Source: the human T2T-CHM13v2.0 reference genome, Homo sapiens
Direction: 5' to 3' (one strand)
NCBI RefSeq assembly: GCF_009914755.1
Contig: NC_060930.1
Length of the DNA: 64,000 nt
Every line of letters begins with the position of its first letter. The stretch's first letter is position 1. Shown one piece after another: positions 60,585 through 64,000 of the stretch. The position numbers were made by a program, and so were the translations under genes. The notes under the pieces were generated by a model, which worked only from the letters and a program-made list of their open reading frames with translations, was not told the origin of the DNA and searched no databases.

Positions 60585-61996
60585 GTGAGTGCTATTTAAC
60601 TAGATCTTGAAGATACAGATTCCAGGCTAAACATGGCATATATAACATATGCATTTGTCTATACCTACTAAAATGGGGGTAAAAGAATAAAAAAGTGTAA
60701 ACTCCTAAAAAGAGGATGAGAAAGGAGATCACAGCAGAAACACAATGTCAACAACTTTGTAGAAGCTGATAATTAGGTGGTTTAGTGGTAATTGTCTTAG
60801 AAGACCTGAGAAAGCAGAAAACTTACTCAGCAATGCTGGGAGTCAACAAGCAAATAGATTCATATGGGAGAAACCCATAAAGGCATAAGAATTGGAGGAA
60901 CCAGATCACTGAAGGTGAGGGGTGTGGCATGGACTTGAAAGCAAAAGCATTGTCTGAGAGACTGTATTAAAAACAGCTAGAGCCCTGGATGCCCAACTTC
61001 TTCAATGATAGCAAATACCTGTTTCTCCCCTACCCTGGCACAAGGCAGCAGGTTTGCTCCTTTGTAAGGGTGAACTAAAGGCACCCTAGGCTTGGGGACA
61101 CCAGCAAACCTGAGAACAGGAGTAACGGAGCCGAATTAAAATGGGGCAACTAAATTACAGTCTGCCTGCTGACTTATGAGACCCCCAACTCTTAACCCCT
61201 TTCAATAACCAGAACATTGGTAGTCATGCCTATACAGTCTAAATAAGAATTTTGAGGATTTATCATTTGAGAAACAGTTCTGGAAACACCTACATTTTCA
61301 AATGAAGATTTTAAAATGAAAATCTGCATCTGCACTTGATCACCCAACAGCAAAACCCACACATCGCCAAGCTCCACATATTAACACAGAGCTGTCAATT
61401 AGCATGGTAGCGTCTCACTCTTAAGTAGGAATGGACCAGGATAACTGAATGTCCTAGGAAAGCTTCTGATTAGAGATACAAAAATAAATACATAATTAAA
61501 AAAATAAACAGAATGAAAACAGTGTAGGGAGGAGAGGTTCTCAGATAACATATAAAAGATATTGACACCTTGAAACATGAACAGGATTACTGGAAAAGGG
61601 AGGGTACAAAGTACATGAAATAGCAGTTGAAACTTAAGAATATGGTATAAATTAAAAAATTTAAAAGGCTGAAAGGTTGTGGAAATTTTTCAGAAAGTAG
61701 AACAAAAATATATAGAAATGAATAAAAATATATTAAAAAGGATTATGTACATGACTTGTCAGAGTTTAGGGGAATTAATTAATAACACATCTGCCTTCTC
61801 TTCCTGAATTTAGAACAAAATGAAAAATGGACATTGATGCCAGAAAGACTTAGGTCAAAATGTTCACCTTGTTGTTAGTGCTGTTTGAAGATCATGGTTT
61901 TAGTTATGCAATCAAATCATCTTGCTTTTTCTGCATCCCTGAGAGGATGTACCTGTCAGTCATTGACTCAATTGGACAGCCACCCACTCAACACAT

Positions 61997-62031
61997 GCAC
62001 ACACACACACACCCACACACACACACACACA
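61997..62031 (+). repeat. (CA)n microsatellite, interrupted
   Basis: Seen directly. Confidence 0.9.
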
Positions 62032-62551
62032 GAAAATGGATCTGTGCGTAGGTCGGGGTATGGAGAAGCAGAGCAGAATGAATCTTGAAGACAGACTGGA
62101 TTCAACCAGACAGAAGGGAAGTGGCTGAGTCAAACATGCTTAGTTGCATCTGTCAGATTTACCAATCTGATAAATTCCTCTTCCTTTCTCAAAACTGAAT
62201 GACAGAGTTGAGAAAAACTAGAAACATTGTTCCCAGACATTTCCTCCCTGGTGAATGTAATAAAAATGCTTGTACTCTGTGAAAAATGCACATTAGAGAA
62301 TCAGTGTTCCCTCCTCCCTCATCAAAGTTCAAATCTGAATAGTGGAGTTCTACCAAGAAAGAATTTTAAAGATAGGGCAGGAAATTAGCAAAGAAATTCA
62401 CAGTAAAAAAATATTCCCAAACTAAGGACAAACTAAGGACCTGGTGAGTGGCCAGGTATTCAGCACAATGAAAGGCAAAAGACTAACGTCTAGTTGTGTT
62501 ATTCTTGAATTTTCAGACTAATCAGGATAAGATCCCAAAGACTTCCAGAAG

Positions 62552-62553
<2 letters not shown>

Positions 62554-62583
<30 letters not shown>
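62554..62583 (+). repeat. (GT)n microsatellite, ~15 units
   Basis: Seen directly. Confidence 0.95.
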
Positions 62584-62588
<5 letters not shown>

Positions 62589-63539
62589 AAAATTATATTG
62601 GACTAGCAGCAACACTAGATGTTAAAAGGTAAGGGGTAATGATTGAAAAATTCTGAAGAAAAATAATTTCCAACCTAGAATTCTATCTGCAAAAAATCAA
62701 TCAAATTAGAATAAGACATTTTTGGGTAGTTTTTATTTTCCAGAAACAGCTTCTTAGGAAGCTATTAGAGACACCAGCTTGGGGACACCAGCTGGGTAGC
62801 TGGACAAATTGACATAGAGGTGTCTGGAAGAAGCGGGAATCCAGCCTATGATAAATAAATCCTCAAGCTAATCCTCATATGCCAAGCTTAGAATTTATCA
62901 CTTTTTAGGAGGTCTTTCTTGATTAAATTGTCTATTTCAATCAATCTTCACATATAGGCTCCTTTCTGTTTATTGCATTTCTAATCTCCCAGCATCTCAG
63001 ATTAAAGCTTCGATTACTTTTAACTCCTTCATCTGTCTTATACCCATGACTTGTCCTTGATTTCCACTGCCACAATCCTCTCTCCAGTAGCCTTCCAGAT
63101 GACCCCTCAACTTCCAACTCTTCTAATCTTTAACCCCTCATTATCCTGCCATAATATTTTTATTATGAATCTCTTTGCTAATTTTCTGCCCTATTTTTTT
63201 TATTCTTTCTTGCTGGAACTCCACTATTCAGAGGTTATGTGTCACCAAAATAAGGGATTAAGTAGAAAAAGAGGAAAACATACAAGAAACAGAAAACCCA
63301 CACAAGAGGATGACAGGAACTTCCAAGGCAATGGTGAAGGCAGGGCTCTGGATACTGCTAGAAAACAACCAGGATTGAACAGGCACCAGGAGCCATGTCT
63401 CCAAGAAAAGAGTAAGAATGAAATTGGTAACATCTGTCACACTTAGTATGACACAACTCACTGAGAGGAGATTTTTAGGTAACTATAGGTCATTACATGA
63501 TTCCACCATGGCTAATGTTTATGCATTTTGAAAGTGTAG

Positions 63540-63841
<302 letters not shown>

Positions 63842-64000
63842 GTGTAAACCTTGAATGCTGATCTAGCCCAAAGTGTGATATGTGAGTATCTGAAAGGTGA
63901 GGCATACGTTTTTCTCTTTTGCTCACTTGCTTGCTCTCTGTTATTAAGGGTTAAAAAGATCTTATTTTCTTATGATAAGTAAGAAATAATATTTAAAACT

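Noticed and set aside
61090-62792. 16-bp direct match GCTTGGGGACACCAGC at 61090 and 62777
   Set aside because: A 16-mer match is roughly expected by chance in 64 kb and lies in old L1-like sequence; insufficient to call a templated insertion.

Overview
Human (primate) genomic DNA. Gene content matches the ZSCAN cluster of the extended MHC class I region at 6p22.1; this placement comes from recognising the genes, not from an alignment. There is one intact protein-coding gene, ZSCAN23 (minus strand; non-coding exon 1 at a CpG island near 42.8-43.0 kb; three coding exons; 389 aa; SCAN domain plus 5 C2H2 fingers). Also present: a COX11 processed pseudogene (COX11P1), a truncated olfactory receptor pseudogene (OR2E1P-like), and a 35-nt tailless U2 snRNA retrocopy inserted in a 30-bp minisatellite. 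Downstream of ZSCAN23 on the same strand are two decayed ZSCAN-type relics: a three-exon 'ghost' gene (SCAN, linker and zinc-finger exons, 19.1-23.3 kb) and an orphan zinc-finger exon (7.5-9.0 kb). The rest is mostly transposable elements: Alu, L1, L2/MIR, MaLR/ERVL LTRs, a near full-length Tigger1, and a solo LTR12 pointing at the ZSCAN23 promoter. I see no new protein-based system. The most unusual signal is a set of short, locally templated insertions: two inverted copies of unique sequence pasted 1.0-1.3 kb away inside old TEs, a fold-back inside an Alu, an isolated Alu snippet, and a duplicated LTR end. TE family calls and boundaries are by eye and approximate.
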